DNA from: an uncultured bacterium
GTDB lineage: Bacteria; Krumholzibacteriota; Krumholzibacteriia; LZORAL124-64-63
Direction: 5' to 3'
NCBI GenBank assembly: GCA_963727525.1
Contig: CAVSGO010000006.1
Location: forward strand, 1 to 64,000
DNA: 64,000 bases
Shown here: positions 20,146 through 31,000 of the stretch, piece after piece
Layout of the letters: every line of letters starts with the position of its first letter
How positions within the stretch are numbered: position 1 is the stretch's first letter
Position numbers and translations under genes: made by a program
Notes under the pieces: generated by a model
The model's input: the letters and a program-made list of their open reading frames with translations, nothing else
Database searches by the model: none
What the model was told of the DNA's origin: nothing

Positions 20146-20872
20146 CGTGGCGTCCTCCGGTCTCGGGTTCGGTGAGTATGCCGTGACGGATCAGGGTCTC
20201 GAGATGGCGCCGATGGGGCTGCCAGTGCTCGTCGTCGTCGAGGGCGAAGCCGATGACCTCGCGCGTGAGCGGATCCATGAGCACCAGCCCGTAAGCGTTG
20301 GCCATGAGGAAGAGCAGGAGGGAGCGCGCGGGCACGCCGACCACGTCACCGTCGTCCTGCGCCTCCTGGATGAGGCTGAGGAGCGGATGGCCCCCGCCGA
20401 GGATACCGTGCTCGTGCAGGCCACGGACGAGACGGCGCAGGCGCTCCGGTTCGGTGGACAGCGTCAGGCGCATGAGTTGCAGCCGTAGCGGGTCGCGCCG
20501 GAGCGTGTCGAGGACACGCAACGGAAAGCGGGCCAGCAGATCGGCGGTACTCGCCTGGGGGTCGATGCCCGACATGACATCCCGCAAGATCTGCAACACT
20601 TCCTGGGTGATGACGGCGTCGACCAGGCGGTCCTTGGTGCCGAAATAGTAGTGGATCATCGCCTGGTTGACGTCGGCGCCCTGGGCCACGGCCCGCACCG
20701 ACACCCGGGCGAGGCCGCCCTGGGCAAAGAGCAGGCGTGTGGCGGCGAGGATGCGCCCCGGGGCCGAATCGGGCGCCGGGGGCGCCAGCTCGGGCGGCAG
20801 GTTCTCGAAGAGGACCTGCAGACGGGCACCCGCCGAGCGGCCGTTGTGTTGGTGAGGGGTGCCTTCGGTCAT
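20138..20872 (-). CDS. TetR/AcrR-family regulator
   Basis: HTH ILAATRLLFAQGG...VSVRAVAQGADVNQAMIHYYFGTKD; AGGAG RBS. Confidence 0.92.
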   Translation of the reverse strand: MTEGTPHQHNGRSAGARLQVLFENLPPELAPPAPDSAPGRILAATRLLFAQGGLARVSVRAVAQGADVNQAMIHYYFGTKDRLVDAVITQEVLQILRDVMSGIDPQASTADLLARFPLRVLDTLRRDPLRLQLMRLTLSTEPERLRRLVRGLHEHGILGGGHPLLSLIQEAQDDGDVVGVPARSLLLFLMANAYGLVLMDPLTREVIGFALDDDEHWQPHRRHLETLIRHGILTEPETGGRHDA

Positions 20873-20909
20873 GGTCGGTGCTCCTGTTGGCTTCCGGTCA
20901 CGAGGTATC

Positions 20910-20947
20910 AGTATAGTCAAACGTTTGATTAAGTCAAACGATTAATT
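20910..20947 (-). promoter_or_regulatory. Sigma70-type promoter of the tetR-efflux operon overlapped by a palindromic operator
   Basis: Minus strand TTGACT (20937-20932), 16 nt, TATACT (20915-20910); palindrome TAGTCAAACGTTTGATTA 20914-20931 plus a degenerate second copy 20931-20947. Confidence 0.75.
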
Positions 20948-21066
20948 CGACTTTATTGAAGAAAGGAGAACTCATGCTCGATCGTGGCGGTATGAGGGCG
21001 TCCGGGCCCCCATAGCCCGACCATGGGAGGGATGTCAGCAGTCAGGACACGAGCAGGGAGGTATCC

Positions 21067-21849
21067 GTGAAGATCGATCTGAACGGCAAGCGCGCGATCG
21101 TCACCGGTGGCAACTCGGGCATCGGCAAGGCCATCGTTCAAGAGCTTGCCGAGGCGGGCGCGCAGGTCTGCGTCAACTACATCGCTCATCCGGAGGCGGC
21201 CGAGGAACTCCTCCAGCAGATCGAGAAGAATGGCGGCAAGGCCATGTCTCACGCGGCCGACGTGTCCGATCCCGACGCCGTGGCCGGCCTGTTCGAGGCC
21301 GTCGCGAAGGCCTGGGGCGGGGTCGACATCCTCGTGAACAACGCCGGGATCGACGGCGATCGGGCCGCGGCCTGGGAGGCCGACGTGGCCGCCTGGCGCA
21401 AGGTCATCGAGGTGAATCTCCTGGGCGCGTTCCACTGCGCGCGGGAGGCGCTGCGCCGCATGGTGGCGCAGCGGTCGGGCGTGATCATCAACATCAGCTC
21501 GGTGCACGAGGAGATCGCGTGGTCCGGCTACAGCGCGTACACCGCGAGCAAGGCGGCGGTGAGTATGCTCACGAAGACGTTGGCGCAGGAAGCGGCTCCG
21601 GCCGGCGTGCGCGTGCTCTCGGTGGCGCCGGGCGCCATCCGCACACCGATCAACAAGTCGGTTTGGAGCGATCCGCAGAACATGAAGGACCTGCTCGACA
21701 AGATTCCGCTGAACCGCATCGGCGAACCGCGGGAGGTGGCCCAGGTGGTGGCCGCGCTCGCATCGGACATCGGCTCCTACGTCACGGGGCGCACCGTCTT
21801 CGTGGACGGCGGCATGACCGATTACCCTGATTTTGCGCATGGTGGTTGA
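21067..21849 (+). CDS. SDR oxidoreductase, glucose 1-dehydrogenase-like
   Basis: TGGNSGIG, NNAG, SSVHE, YTASK, PGAIRTPIN. Confidence 0.92.
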   Translation: MKIDLNGKRAIVTGGNSGIGKAIVQELAEAGAQVCVNYIAHPEAAEELLQQIEKNGGKAMSHAADVSDPDAVAGLFEAVAKAWGGVDILVNNAGIDGDRAAAWEADVAAWRKVIEVNLLGAFHCAREALRRMVAQRSGVIINISSVHEEIAWSGYSAYTASKAAVSMLTKTLAQEAAPAGVRVLSVAPGAIRTPINKSVWSDPQNMKDLLDKIPLNRIGEPREVAQVVAALASDIGSYVTGRTVFVDGGMTDYPDFAHGG

Positions 21850-21907
21850 GCGCGGCCGTGGCATGATGGACGGCGTTCCAGAAGCGCGGACGAGGAACGG
21901 AGGCGAG

Positions 21908-24352
21908 ATGGCAACACCGGAGAACAGCGGCCCCGGCTGGCCCGGCATCCCGGCGCGCTGGACGTCGAGTGCCAAGTCGGGCGTCGGCGCGGCCCTCGGG
22001 CAGGCGAGTCGCGTGTGGTTCACCCTGAGCCACGGCATCTTCAACGAGATCTATTACCCGCGTGTCGATCAGGCATGCCTGCGAGACATGGGTTTGATCG
22101 TCACCGACGACGATGGCTTCCTCTCCGAGGAGAAGCGCGATGCCGAATCGCAGGTGCGGTGGCTGGCGCCGGGCGTACCCGCCTTTCGGCTCACCAATAC
22201 CTGCCGCGACGGCCGCTACCGCATCGAGAAGACGGTGCTCTGCGATCCGTGCCGTGACGTCGTGCTGCAGCACACGCGGTTCACTGCGCTGAAAGGCGAC
22301 GCCGCGCGCTACCACTTGCACGTGCTGCTCTCGCCCCACCTCGACAACCACGGCGCCAACAACACGGCCTGGGTGGGCGACACCAAGGGCACGCCCATGC
22401 TCTTTGCCGAGCGCGGCGCCAATGCGCTGGCGCTCGCGTGCTGCGCGCCATGGCGCAAGAGGTCGGCCGGCTACGTCGGCACGTCCGACGGCTGGCAGGA
22501 CCTCAGGCGACACGGACGTATGAACTGGGAGTACCCACGCGCCGAGAACGGCAACGTGGCGCTGACGGCGGAGATCGATCTCACGACCGCGAAGGGCGAG
22601 TTCGTGCTGGCGCTCGGCTTCGGACGCAACGCCGCCGAGGCAGGGCAGCGCGCCCTGGCATCGCTGCAGGATGGTTTCACCTCGGCCCAGGCGGCCTATG
22701 TCCAGCAGTGGCGCACATGGCTGGATACGCTGTTGCCCCTGGCCGACGCAGCGCCGGCATCGGCGATCGATCTCTATCGCATCAGCGCCACCGTGGTGCG
22801 CGTGCACGAGGCACCGAACTTCCCGGGCGGCATGATCGCGAGTCTCTCCATCCCCTGGGGCTTCCACAAGGGCGACGACGATCTCGGTGGCTACCACCTG
22901 GTGTGGCCCCGCGACCTCGTGGAGTCGGCCGGAGGCCTGCTCGCCGCCGGCGCCCATGCCGACGCGCGCCGTGTGCTCACCTACCTGCAAGCCACGCAGG
23001 AGGCCGACGGGCACTGGGCCCAGAACATGTGGCTCGACGGTTCGCCCTACTGGAACGGCATCCAGATGGACGAGACGGCGCTGCCGATCCTTCTCGTCGA
23101 CCTCGCCCGCCGGGAGCAGGCCCTGTGCGACGACGATATGGCGCGGTTCTGGCCCATGGTGCGCCGCGCGGCCGCGTACCTCGTGTGCACCGGCCCCGTG
23201 AGTGGGCAGGACCGGTGGGAGGAGGACCCGGGTTACTCGCCCTTCACGGTGGCGGCCGAGATCGCCGCGCTGCTGGCCGCGGCCGACCTGGCCGAACAGC
23301 GGGGCGAGGCGCAGGTCGCCGGCTACCTGCGCGAGACCGCCGATGTCTGGTACGACGCGATCGACCGCTGGATGTACGTCACCGGCACCGACTGGTGCCG
23401 CGAGTACGGCGTCGACGGCTATTACGTACGCATCGCGCCGGTGGACGGCGACGACGGCGTCACCCGACTGCAATCCTCTGTACCAGTGCGCAACGTCGAG
23501 CCGAGCCGCGATTCCAGCCCCGCGAACCATCTCGTGAGCCCCGACGCTCTCGCCCTCGTGCGTTTCGGCCTGCGCGCGCCCGACGACCCGCGCATTCGCG
23601 ACACCATCACGGTGATCGATGCGCTGCTGAAGCTCGATACCGCCACCGGGCCGGTGTGGCATCGCTACAACGGCGACGGCTATGGCGAGCACGCCGACGG
23701 CGAGCCCTTCGACGGCACGGGCGTGGGCCGGGCCTGGCCGCTGCTCACCGGCGAGCGCGCGCACTACGAGCTGGTAGCCGGACACCTCGACGAGGCGCGT
23801 CGCCTGCAGCAGGCCATGGCGTCGTTCGCGGGGGCCGAGGGCCTGCTGCCCGAGCAGATCTGGGACTCGGACGACATACCCGAACGCGAGCTCTTCCGCG
23901 GACGCCCCTCCGGCTCGGCCATGCCGCTGGTCTGGGCGCACGCGGAGTATCTGAAGCTGCTGCGCTCGCTGCGCGACGGACGCGTGTTCGACCTGCCACC
24001 GCAGACGGCAGATCGTTACCAGGGGACGCCGCTGCACGTGCCGTTCGCGGTGTGGCGTTTCAATCAGAAGGTGCGCGAGTTGCCGGCGAGCAAGACGCTA
24101 CGCGTGGAGACGCTGGCGCCAGCCACCGTGCGCTGGAGTGCCGACGGATGGAACACCAAGCACGAGTTGCCGACCCGCGACACCGGTCTGGCGATCCATG
24201 TCGCCGATCTCGACACCACCGGTCTGGCCGTCGGGTCGCAGGTCACCTTCACGCTCCACTGGACCGAGGCCGACCGCTGGGAGGGCGTGAACTTCACCGT
24301 CGACGTCGTGGCCGGCGCTCCGGTCCTGGCCCCGGAGACGCGCCTTGGGTGA
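21908..24352 (+). CDS. Glucan 1,4-alpha-glucosidase / glucodextranase (GH15)
   Basis: WTSSAKSGVG, EIYYPRVD, ASLSIPWG, YHLVWPRD, QDRWEE, RYNGDGYGE, LPEQIW, LVWAHAEY. Confidence 0.93.
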   Translation: MATPENSGPGWPGIPARWTSSAKSGVGAALGQASRVWFTLSHGIFNEIYYPRVDQACLRDMGLIVTDDDGFLSEEKRDAESQVRWLAPGVPAFRLTNTCRDGRYRIEKTVLCDPCRDVVLQHTRFTALKGDAARYHLHVLLSPHLDNHGANNTAWVGDTKGTPMLFAERGANALALACCAPWRKRSAGYVGTSDGWQDLRRHGRMNWEYPRAENGNVALTAEIDLTTAKGEFVLALGFGRNAAEAGQRALASLQDGFTSAQAAYVQQWRTWLDTLLPLADAAPASAIDLYRISATVVRVHEAPNFPGGMIASLSIPWGFHKGDDDLGGYHLVWPRDLVESAGGLLAAGAHADARRVLTYLQATQEADGHWAQNMWLDGSPYWNGIQMDETALPILLVDLARREQALCDDDMARFWPMVRRAAAYLVCTGPVSGQDRWEEDPGYSPFTVAAEIAALLAAADLAEQRGEAQVAGYLRETADVWYDAIDRWMYVTGTDWCREYGVDGYYVRIAPVDGDDGVTRLQSSVPVRNVEPSRDSSPANHLVSPDALALVRFGLRAPDDPRIRDTITVIDALLKLDTATGPVWHRYNGDGYGEHADGEPFDGTGVGRAWPLLTGERAHYELVAGHLDEARRLQQAMASFAGAEGLLPEQIWDSDDIPERELFRGRPSGSAMPLVWAHAEYLKLLRSLRDGRVFDLPPQTADRYQGTPLHVPFAVWRFNQKVRELPASKTLRVETLAPATVRWSADGWNTKHELPTRDTGLAIHVADLDTTGLAVGSQVTFTLHWTEADRWEGVNFTVDVVAGAPVLAPETRLG

Positions 24353-25220
24353 CCTGCTCCTGCTCCTCACGGCGACGATCTGGGGCCTCGCGTTCGTCGC
24401 CCAGCGGCTCGGCATGGAACACGTGGGGCCATTCGCGTTCAACGCCATCCGTTTCGCCATCGGCGCGCTCGTGCTGGTGCCGCTGGTACGCGCCCGCGCG
24501 CACCATGCCGAGGGTTGGCGCGATGACCTGTGCCATGGCGCCGTGCTCGGCTTGATACTCTTTGGTGGCGCCACGCTCCAGCAATGGGGCGTGGTGTTCA
24601 CCACCGCCGGCAAGGCCGGCTTCATCACCGGACTCTACGTGGTGCTCGTGCCGTTCCTCGGCCTGTTCGTGGGGCAGCGCACGGCTCTGGGCACCTGGCT
24701 CGGCGCCGTGGTCGCCGTGGTCGGCCTCTACCTGCTCGCCATGAACGAGAGTCTGACCATCGCGCGAGGCGACCTCCTGGTGCTGATCGGCGCGCTCTTC
24801 TGGGCCGTGCACGTGCTGGTGATCGGAAGGTACTCGCCGCGCACCGATCCCGTGCGTCTGGCCTGCCTGCAGTTCGCCACCTGCGCGGTGTTGAGCACCA
24901 TGGCGGCGCTCACGCTGGAGTCGACCACGTGGTCGGGCGTGCGCGGCGCCGCCTGGCCCATCCTCTATGCAGGGCTCCTCTCCACCGGAGTGGCCTATAC
25001 GCTGCAGGTCATCGCCCAGCGGCGCGCCCCCGCCGCGCACGCCGCGGTGATCCTGAGCCTCGAGGCCGTCTTCGCAGCGCTGGGTGGTGCGCTCATGCTC
25101 GGTGAGACGCTGGGTCTGCGCGCTCTCGTGGGCTGCGCGCTCATGCTCGCGGGTATGATCCTCTCGCAGGTGGGGCCCGGTACGCGCCCCGTGGCCGTCG
25201 AAGAGCACGTGCCATGCTGA
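24345..25220 (+). CDS. DMT/EamA-family transporter
   Basis: IWGLAFVAQ, about 10 TM helices, duplicated EamA pattern. Confidence 0.9.
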   Translation: MGDLLLLLTATIWGLAFVAQRLGMEHVGPFAFNAIRFAIGALVLVPLVRARAHHAEGWRDDLCHGAVLGLILFGGATLQQWGVVFTTAGKAGFITGLYVVLVPFLGLFVGQRTALGTWLGAVVAVVGLYLLAMNESLTIARGDLLVLIGALFWAVHVLVIGRYSPRTDPVRLACLQFATCAVLSTMAALTLESTTWSGVRGAAWPILYAGLLSTGVAYTLQVIAQRRAPAAHAAVILSLEAVFAALGGALMLGETLGLRALVGCALMLAGMILSQVGPGTRPVAVEEHVPC

Positions 25221-25513
25221 CGGTCGAGTGCGCGACGGCCTTCCCCAACGCGTCCCTGGCGATCGACCGCCAACGCATGTCCGCTCCCTGACCACCCCCG
25301 CCGCCGGCGGTGGTCACGGGCCGCCACCCCGGTGCTCACGGGTTCCTGCCAGAACTTTGACAAATCGCTGATATTGCTGGCGTTACATTGACCGCCCTGA
25401 AACTTGCGACCCCGGCACGCCCCGTGCTTGCTTCCGGGACGATGCATTGGGATGGACGAGGCGGCGCCGCGAATTCCCCCCCCGCGGCGCCGCTCCTAGA
25501 GGAGGCACCTGGC

Positions 25514-25708
25514 ATGACCGTATCCCCCGAGACCCTGGTTCACGAACGCACCACGCACTTCGACCGCCTGCAGAGAGCCCTCGAGGATGGACTACGCGCC
25601 ATCAATGCCGCCCGTTCGCCCGAGGAGGCCGAGACCGCGCGCCAGCGCGCTCGAGCGCGGCTGGCGGAGCTGAACCAGATCTACGAGGAGACCTGCTGCC
25701 AGCAGTAA
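25514..25708 (+). CDS. Small helical hypothetical protein (64 aa)
   Basis: GAGGAGG RBS, coiled-coil-like sequence, downstream hairpin. Confidence 0.6.
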   Translation: MTVSPETLVHERTTHFDRLQRALEDGLRAINAARSPEEAETARQRARARLAELNQIYEETCCQQ

Positions 25709-25731
25709 CCGCATGTCCCAGATAGAGTTGA

Positions 25732-25763
25732 AGCGGCGGCGCCTCTTTGGAGGCGGCGCCGCT
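25732..25763 (+). terminator. GC-rich stem-loop after the small ORF (possible terminator, no U-tract)
   Basis: AGCGGCGGCGCCTC-TTTG-GAGGCGGCGCCGCT, 14-bp stem with one mismatch. Confidence 0.4.
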
Positions 25764-25850
25764 CGCGTCTCGGGCTGAAACAACCCAGGCGGTCTCGCGT
25801 ACGATGCGGTCGCAGCCCCCCGGATCCATGCTCTCGCGAAGGAGTGAACC

Positions 25851-26951
25851 ATGCTCGCCCCCACGCGCGTTTCCCGTGCCCTGATCGCGGCCCTGTTTTC
25901 CCTGTGCGCGGCCAGCGCCGTCCTCGCCGACGATCTCACACAGACCATCACCCTCGACTCCCAGGATGTCGAACTCGTCAACCTTATCGGCACGATCACC
26001 GTCGGTCCCGCGAGCGGTTCGACGTTCGAGGCGACGATCACCATCCATGGTGCGGACGCGAAGCCCGGCCTCATCGATGTCGTGACCGAGGACGGCGATC
26101 ACGGCCGCATCCTCATCAAGTTCCCCGTCGACGAGTATCGCGACTACGTCTACCCGGCGCTCGGCCGCAACAGCCACACCTCGGTGACGCCCGACGACGG
26201 CGAACACCGCGGGCTGATCGGTAAGATCATCCACGGTTTCGGCGCCGAACGTATCAACGTGCGCGGCCACGGCAAGGGCCTCGAGGTATGGACCGACGTG
26301 GAGCTGCGCGTGCCCGCTGACCATGATGCGAAGGTGGCCGTCTCGGTCGGCGGGATCGACGCGGCGGACGTCGTCGGCGCCCTCGTGCTCGATACGGGCA
26401 GCGGCGCCATCTCGGCCCATCACCACACCGGCGATCTGCTCTGCGACACCGGCAGCGGCGCTGTCGAGGTGGCCGACGTGCAGGGCGAGCTGAGCGTGGA
26501 CACCGGCAGTGGCGGCGTGCAGGTGCGCAACCACACCGGCGCGTCGCTCAAGGTGGACACCGGCAGTGGCAGCGTGCGCGTGGAGAACGTCGATACCGGC
26601 AAGCTCGACATCGACACGGGCAGCGGCAGCGTGAAGGCCTATGCCGTCAAGACCGATGGCGCCCGCATCGACACCGGGAGCGGCTCGGTGACGTTCACCC
26701 TGGCGCGCATGGGCGCCGGCAGGTTCCTCGTCGACACGGGCAGCGGCAGCGTCGACGTGCAGTTGCCGCGCGACGCCTCCGCCGACATCACCATCGATGT
26801 CGGCAGCGGCAGCATCCGCTGCGACGTACCCGAAGCCGAGGTCCTGCACAAGGAAGACGACGAGCTGCACGTGCGCGTGGGAACCGGCGACGCCCACTTC
26901 GTCATCGACACCGGCAGCGGCGGCGCACATGTGACCCAGGAGCCGTCCTGA
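25851..26951 (+). CDS. Secreted DUF4097-like beta-strand repeat (adhesin-like) protein
   Basis: AAGGAG RBS, signal peptide, eight DTGSG plus one DVGSG repeats, mostly at a ~19-20 aa period. Confidence 0.85.
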   Translation: MLAPTRVSRALIAALFSLCAASAVLADDLTQTITLDSQDVELVNLIGTITVGPASGSTFEATITIHGADAKPGLIDVVTEDGDHGRILIKFPVDEYRDYVYPALGRNSHTSVTPDDGEHRGLIGKIIHGFGAERINVRGHGKGLEVWTDVELRVPADHDAKVAVSVGGIDAADVVGALVLDTGSGAISAHHHTGDLLCDTGSGAVEVADVQGELSVDTGSGGVQVRNHTGASLKVDTGSGSVRVENVDTGKLDIDTGSGSVKAYAVKTDGARIDTGSGSVTFTLARMGAGRFLVDTGSGSVDVQLPRDASADITIDVGSGSIRCDVPEAEVLHKEDDELHVRVGTGDAHFVIDTGSGGAHVTQEPS

Positions 26952-26959
26952 TGTATTCC

Positions 26960-26991
26960 CGGCGCGCGGCCTTTCTCCGGGCCGCGCGCCG
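26960..26991. terminator. Stem-loop between convergent genes
   Basis: Perfect 12-bp stem CGGCGCGCGGCC / GGCCGCGCGCCG, 8-nt loop. Confidence 0.55.
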
Positions 26992-27028
26992 CTGACCTGG
27001 GGATCGGTCAAGTCTCCCTACATGTAGC

Positions 27029-27862
27029 TCATCCGGCCCGTGCCCGACCCTTGGCCGGTAGCAGTCGCATCGTCCCGGGAAACCGCATGCCGAAGGTCTC
27101 GGCGAACACGTGGCGCAGGGCGTCGTCGTCGGCGATGGCATGGATCTCGCGTTCCGTGCCGCGGTCGATGATCAGTTCCTGGTCGCGGAGCGTGAAGCGC
27201 GCGCGGGGGGTGGTGCGCTGGGCGGTGAGGGTCTGGCGGAAGCGCGACTGGGGGTGGGTGGATGTGTAGTGGTTCGCCATCTCGTAGTCGACGAGGTGTT
27301 GTGGCTCCAGGGTGAAGGCGTAGAGGTCGCGCCAGTCGGGGTCGCGCGGGGTGAGGACTTGCAGGACGAAGAGGCCGGTACTCTCCTCGTGCACGCGAAA
27401 CGTCCACGGGCCCTGGATCGACTCACGCTCGCCGCCGAACGGCACCGGGCGTAGAGGACCGTCGCCGCCGAAGCCGACGTCGGTGAGCCAGCGGTCGCTT
27501 TCGGCGTCGACGAGCATCAGCATGTGAGTGCGCGGGTTGAAGCGGCCGTTCACGCGGACGCGAGCGGCGAGCGGCAAGACTGGAAAGCCGAGGTCCTCCA
27601 GGGCGGCACGGAAGAGTCCGTTCTGCTCGAAGCAATATCCCCCGCGGCCGGCCGCGACCAGCTTGCCCTGCAGGCTCGCCAGGTCGAGGCGGATGGGCCG
27701 TCCCCGTATCACGTCGATATTCTCGAAGGGGATGGCGCCCACGTGGGCCTGGTGCAGGCCGGCGAGCACGGCGGCCGTGGCGTCGGTGGGGCCGGTGTAC
27801 CTGATGCGGTGCAGGTACGGTTCGCGCTCGAATCGTGATTCGGATGTGGCGGTCATGGTCAC
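27029..27862 (-). CDS. Arylamine N-acetyltransferase
   Basis: IPFENID, RGGYCFEQN (Cys), THM (His), DVGFG (Asp) triad. Confidence 0.95.
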   Translation of the reverse strand: MTMTATSESRFEREPYLHRIRYTGPTDATAAVLAGLHQAHVGAIPFENIDVIRGRPIRLDLASLQGKLVAAGRGGYCFEQNGLFRAALEDLGFPVLPLAARVRVNGRFNPRTHMLMLVDAESDRWLTDVGFGGDGPLRPVPFGGERESIQGPWTFRVHEESTGLFVLQVLTPRDPDWRDLYAFTLEPQHLVDYEMANHYTSTHPQSRFRQTLTAQRTTPRARFTLRDQELIIDRGTEREIHAIADDDALRHVFAETFGMRFPGTMRLLPAKGRARAG

Positions 27863-28081
27863 CTCATGGGGCGGAGTGTTGACGGGGCAAGCTACGACAG
27901 AACCTCCGAGCGGGCCATGGGACGAGATCTAGGTAATTTCTGTATCTATGGGGTCTTCCCGGATACCGTGTGATTTTTCTCCAGTATTCGCGTCTGGATC
28001 TGATATCGTGCGTCGCACGACCCTGGAGAGCCATCAGGATCTGCTCCGACACGCCCGCTTCGCTCTCCCCGCACCCGGCGA

Positions 28082-31000
28082 ATGGACCCGTGGATGAAGC
28101 TGGGCGACCTCCTTGATATGGTCTCGCGCCTCGACCTCGTGCAGGGGGTCGAGGGCGACCTGCGCCAACGCAAGCGCAAGGGCGTGGTGGCGCTCGTCGT
28201 GGCGGGCATCGTGCAGGTGGTGCTGGCGGCGGCCCAGAAGGACTACCTGCGCGAGGTCGGTCAGCTCGTCAAGAACCTCGCCACCGGCCGGTGGCGCGAG
28301 ATCTTCGCCACCGCAAATCTCGACACGTTGTTCGGCGTGGTGGTGCTCGTGGCGGGGGTGACGATCTTCATCCTCGTGCGCTGGAGCCGCTTCCTGCTGC
28401 ACGAGTCGCAGGCGCCGTTCCGCTACACCTTCTCCATCGCGCCATTCAAGTCGATGCCCGAGGGAGCACCGCCGTCCGACGATCCCCTCGTCGGCAACCT
28501 CGCCCTGCTGCACGACGACCTGATCGACAAGCTCAATGCCAACATCCGCCGCTTCTCGATCCTCGATGTCGATGCGATCAAGACGGCGGCCAGCCAGGAT
28601 CTCAGCTCACACATTCACGTGCACGGCCACTTCGCCCGGCGCGCGCTCGACAGCGGCGAGGACGGCGTGCAGGTGATGACCCGCATCCGCATCGGCAATC
28701 CGGAGCGTCCCGAGCAACAGGCGCCGCGGGTCGACTTCGCCACGACCGATGCCACGGTCACACCCGACGCGCAATACCGCCAGCTCCGGGAGCTGGTGTA
28801 CTCGCGCGTGGCCACGGCAATCTATCACCAGATCCGCGACGACATCCGCCAGAAGATCACGCTGTTTCCCACCTGGTCGTTGCGGGCGGTGGGGCTTTAC
28901 CACGAGGCCAAGGACTTCGAGGAATCGAACACCGTCGACGCCTACGACTACGCAATCGAGCTTTATCAGGAGGCGCTGAACGCTTTCGAGAAGCGCGGCG
29001 GACGGGGGCTGCGCGCCGCCCTCCTGAAGTGGCCCCTGCTGTGGCGCGTCGTGTGCCGGTCGCAGCTGATCGAGGCGCGCACCCGCATCGCCTATAGCCG
29101 TTGCCTCGTGTACCGCGCCACGGTGTCCACCCTCGCTGGCCGCGCGAGCAACCCCCTGTTTCCGGTGCCGGAGCAGCTCGAAGCGGCGCTGGCGGTGTTG
29201 CGCACCCTCTACGACCGCGCACGCGGCGGCCGCGACACCTTCGTGACCTACCCGCGAGCCTGGCGCGCCTCGCATCGGGAGCCGCGCTTCCAGGAGTATC
29301 GGCGCGCGTTGTTCGAGGCGCTGTCCGTGGCTTCGCTGGCGTGGAGCCAGATCGGGTCGACCGACCGGGCCATCGAGCACCTCGACGCGGCCAAGGATGT
29401 GGCGCCCGATCTCACGGAGAACGACGCCCTCTACCTCCTGGCGCAGGCCGAGACCGTGTCCGACTTGCACACGCGCTTGCAGCTCCTGCGCACTGCGTCC
29501 GACATGGCGCCCACCTTCGAGATCGTGCGCTACCGCCTGGCCGACCAGTCGGATCTGCAACTCCGCACGCGCAACGAATTGACGCCCGAGCGGGCGGCGC
29601 CGGTGCTGGCGGCCTTCCTCGACGTTTTGCGCATCAATCCGGGCAACATCGGGGCCTACGCGGCCTTCGGTCACCTCAAATGGCTGCTCGGCGACCATGA
29701 TGCCGCGTCCCGCGCCTTCCGCGAGGGGCTCGCGGTCAAGGCTATCCGCATGCAGACGTACGTGGGCGACCTGAATTACGGTCTGGCGCGGATCGCCGCC
29801 GAGGCCGGTCGGTTCAACGAGAGCTTCGATCTCTACCAGAAGGCGCTGGCGGCCGATCCGGGCGTGGGCGTGCACATCGCGCTGCGCACCCGCTCGCTCA
29901 CGCGGTACTACGATCGCATGGTCGACTCCATGCTCGAGCGCTACGAGCGCTTCATGACGACCGCCATCGCCCGCGGCGGCCAGTGCGACACGGTGAGCGA
30001 CCGCACCCTCGGCGGTGTGCTCAGTTTCGTGCTCAACGACTACGGCAACGCGGCCTTCCAGTACTTCGTGCGCACGGGCCAGGTCGCCTGCTGCGACCGC
30101 GCGCGCGAATCGTACCAGCACGCGATCAAGCGTTTCCCCGAGAATGCCGTGGCGTACTTCAACCTGAGCCGCACGCTCGGCTGGACCGGCTCCTCTACCG
30201 AGGAGAGCATCACGTATCTCGCGCGCGCCGAGCGCCTCGAGCCGAGCTGGCATGCGTTGCAGACGTATTCCATCGAGCAGCACATCACGATCATCCGCAA
30301 GGCGATCCAGTCGCTCGAGAACGACCGCAACGCTGCGCTGCGCCGCCGTTCCGAGCTGGAACGCGAGAGGGCGGAACTCGAGACCCAGCGCGCGTCGCTC
30401 GACGAGAACTACGAGGCGCAGCGGGCGCCCACCACGGCAAAATATGAAGCCGCCAGCCTGACCAAGGGGCCGGATGTGCGGGGCCGTCTCGACGCCGAGT
30501 TGCAGCGCAATGCCGAGGTGCAGACGACCGTCGCGACCGAGATCGACACCATCGGCGAGAAGATCAACAACTACCGGGAGTCGCACCGCACGGAGATCCT
30601 GCCGCGTCTGCGCCGGATGATCCGCGCGTCGAGCCTCAGTTCGTTCCTCGATCTCACTGAACGGCACGACATGACCGAGTCCGTGGCCTCGCTCCTGCAG
30701 AGCCGGCTGCGCAATGACCGGCTCGACGAGAAGTCGGCCACCACCCTGCGCATCCTCGCCAAGCTGATGCCCGATCTGCTCGACGATGCCGACGATCACC
30801 GGAAGCTCGAATGCTGCCGCGACTTCTGCCGCTACGTGATGGACCGCTTCTACCCGGAAGACTTCGAGCTGACGATCACCCTGCAGAACCTGTACGTGCA
30901 ACTCGGCGACCACGACGGCGAGATCGCCTCGATCCAGTCCGTGCGCCGCGCGATCTCGTGGGCGCTGGACGATGATGGTACGAACTGGAATCTCCTCGAC

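Noticed and set aside
26380-26930. Regularly spaced GACACCGGCAGCGGC-like repeats resembling a CRISPR array
   Set aside because: They encode in-frame DTGSG protein repeats, vary at synonymous positions, and no cas genes are present
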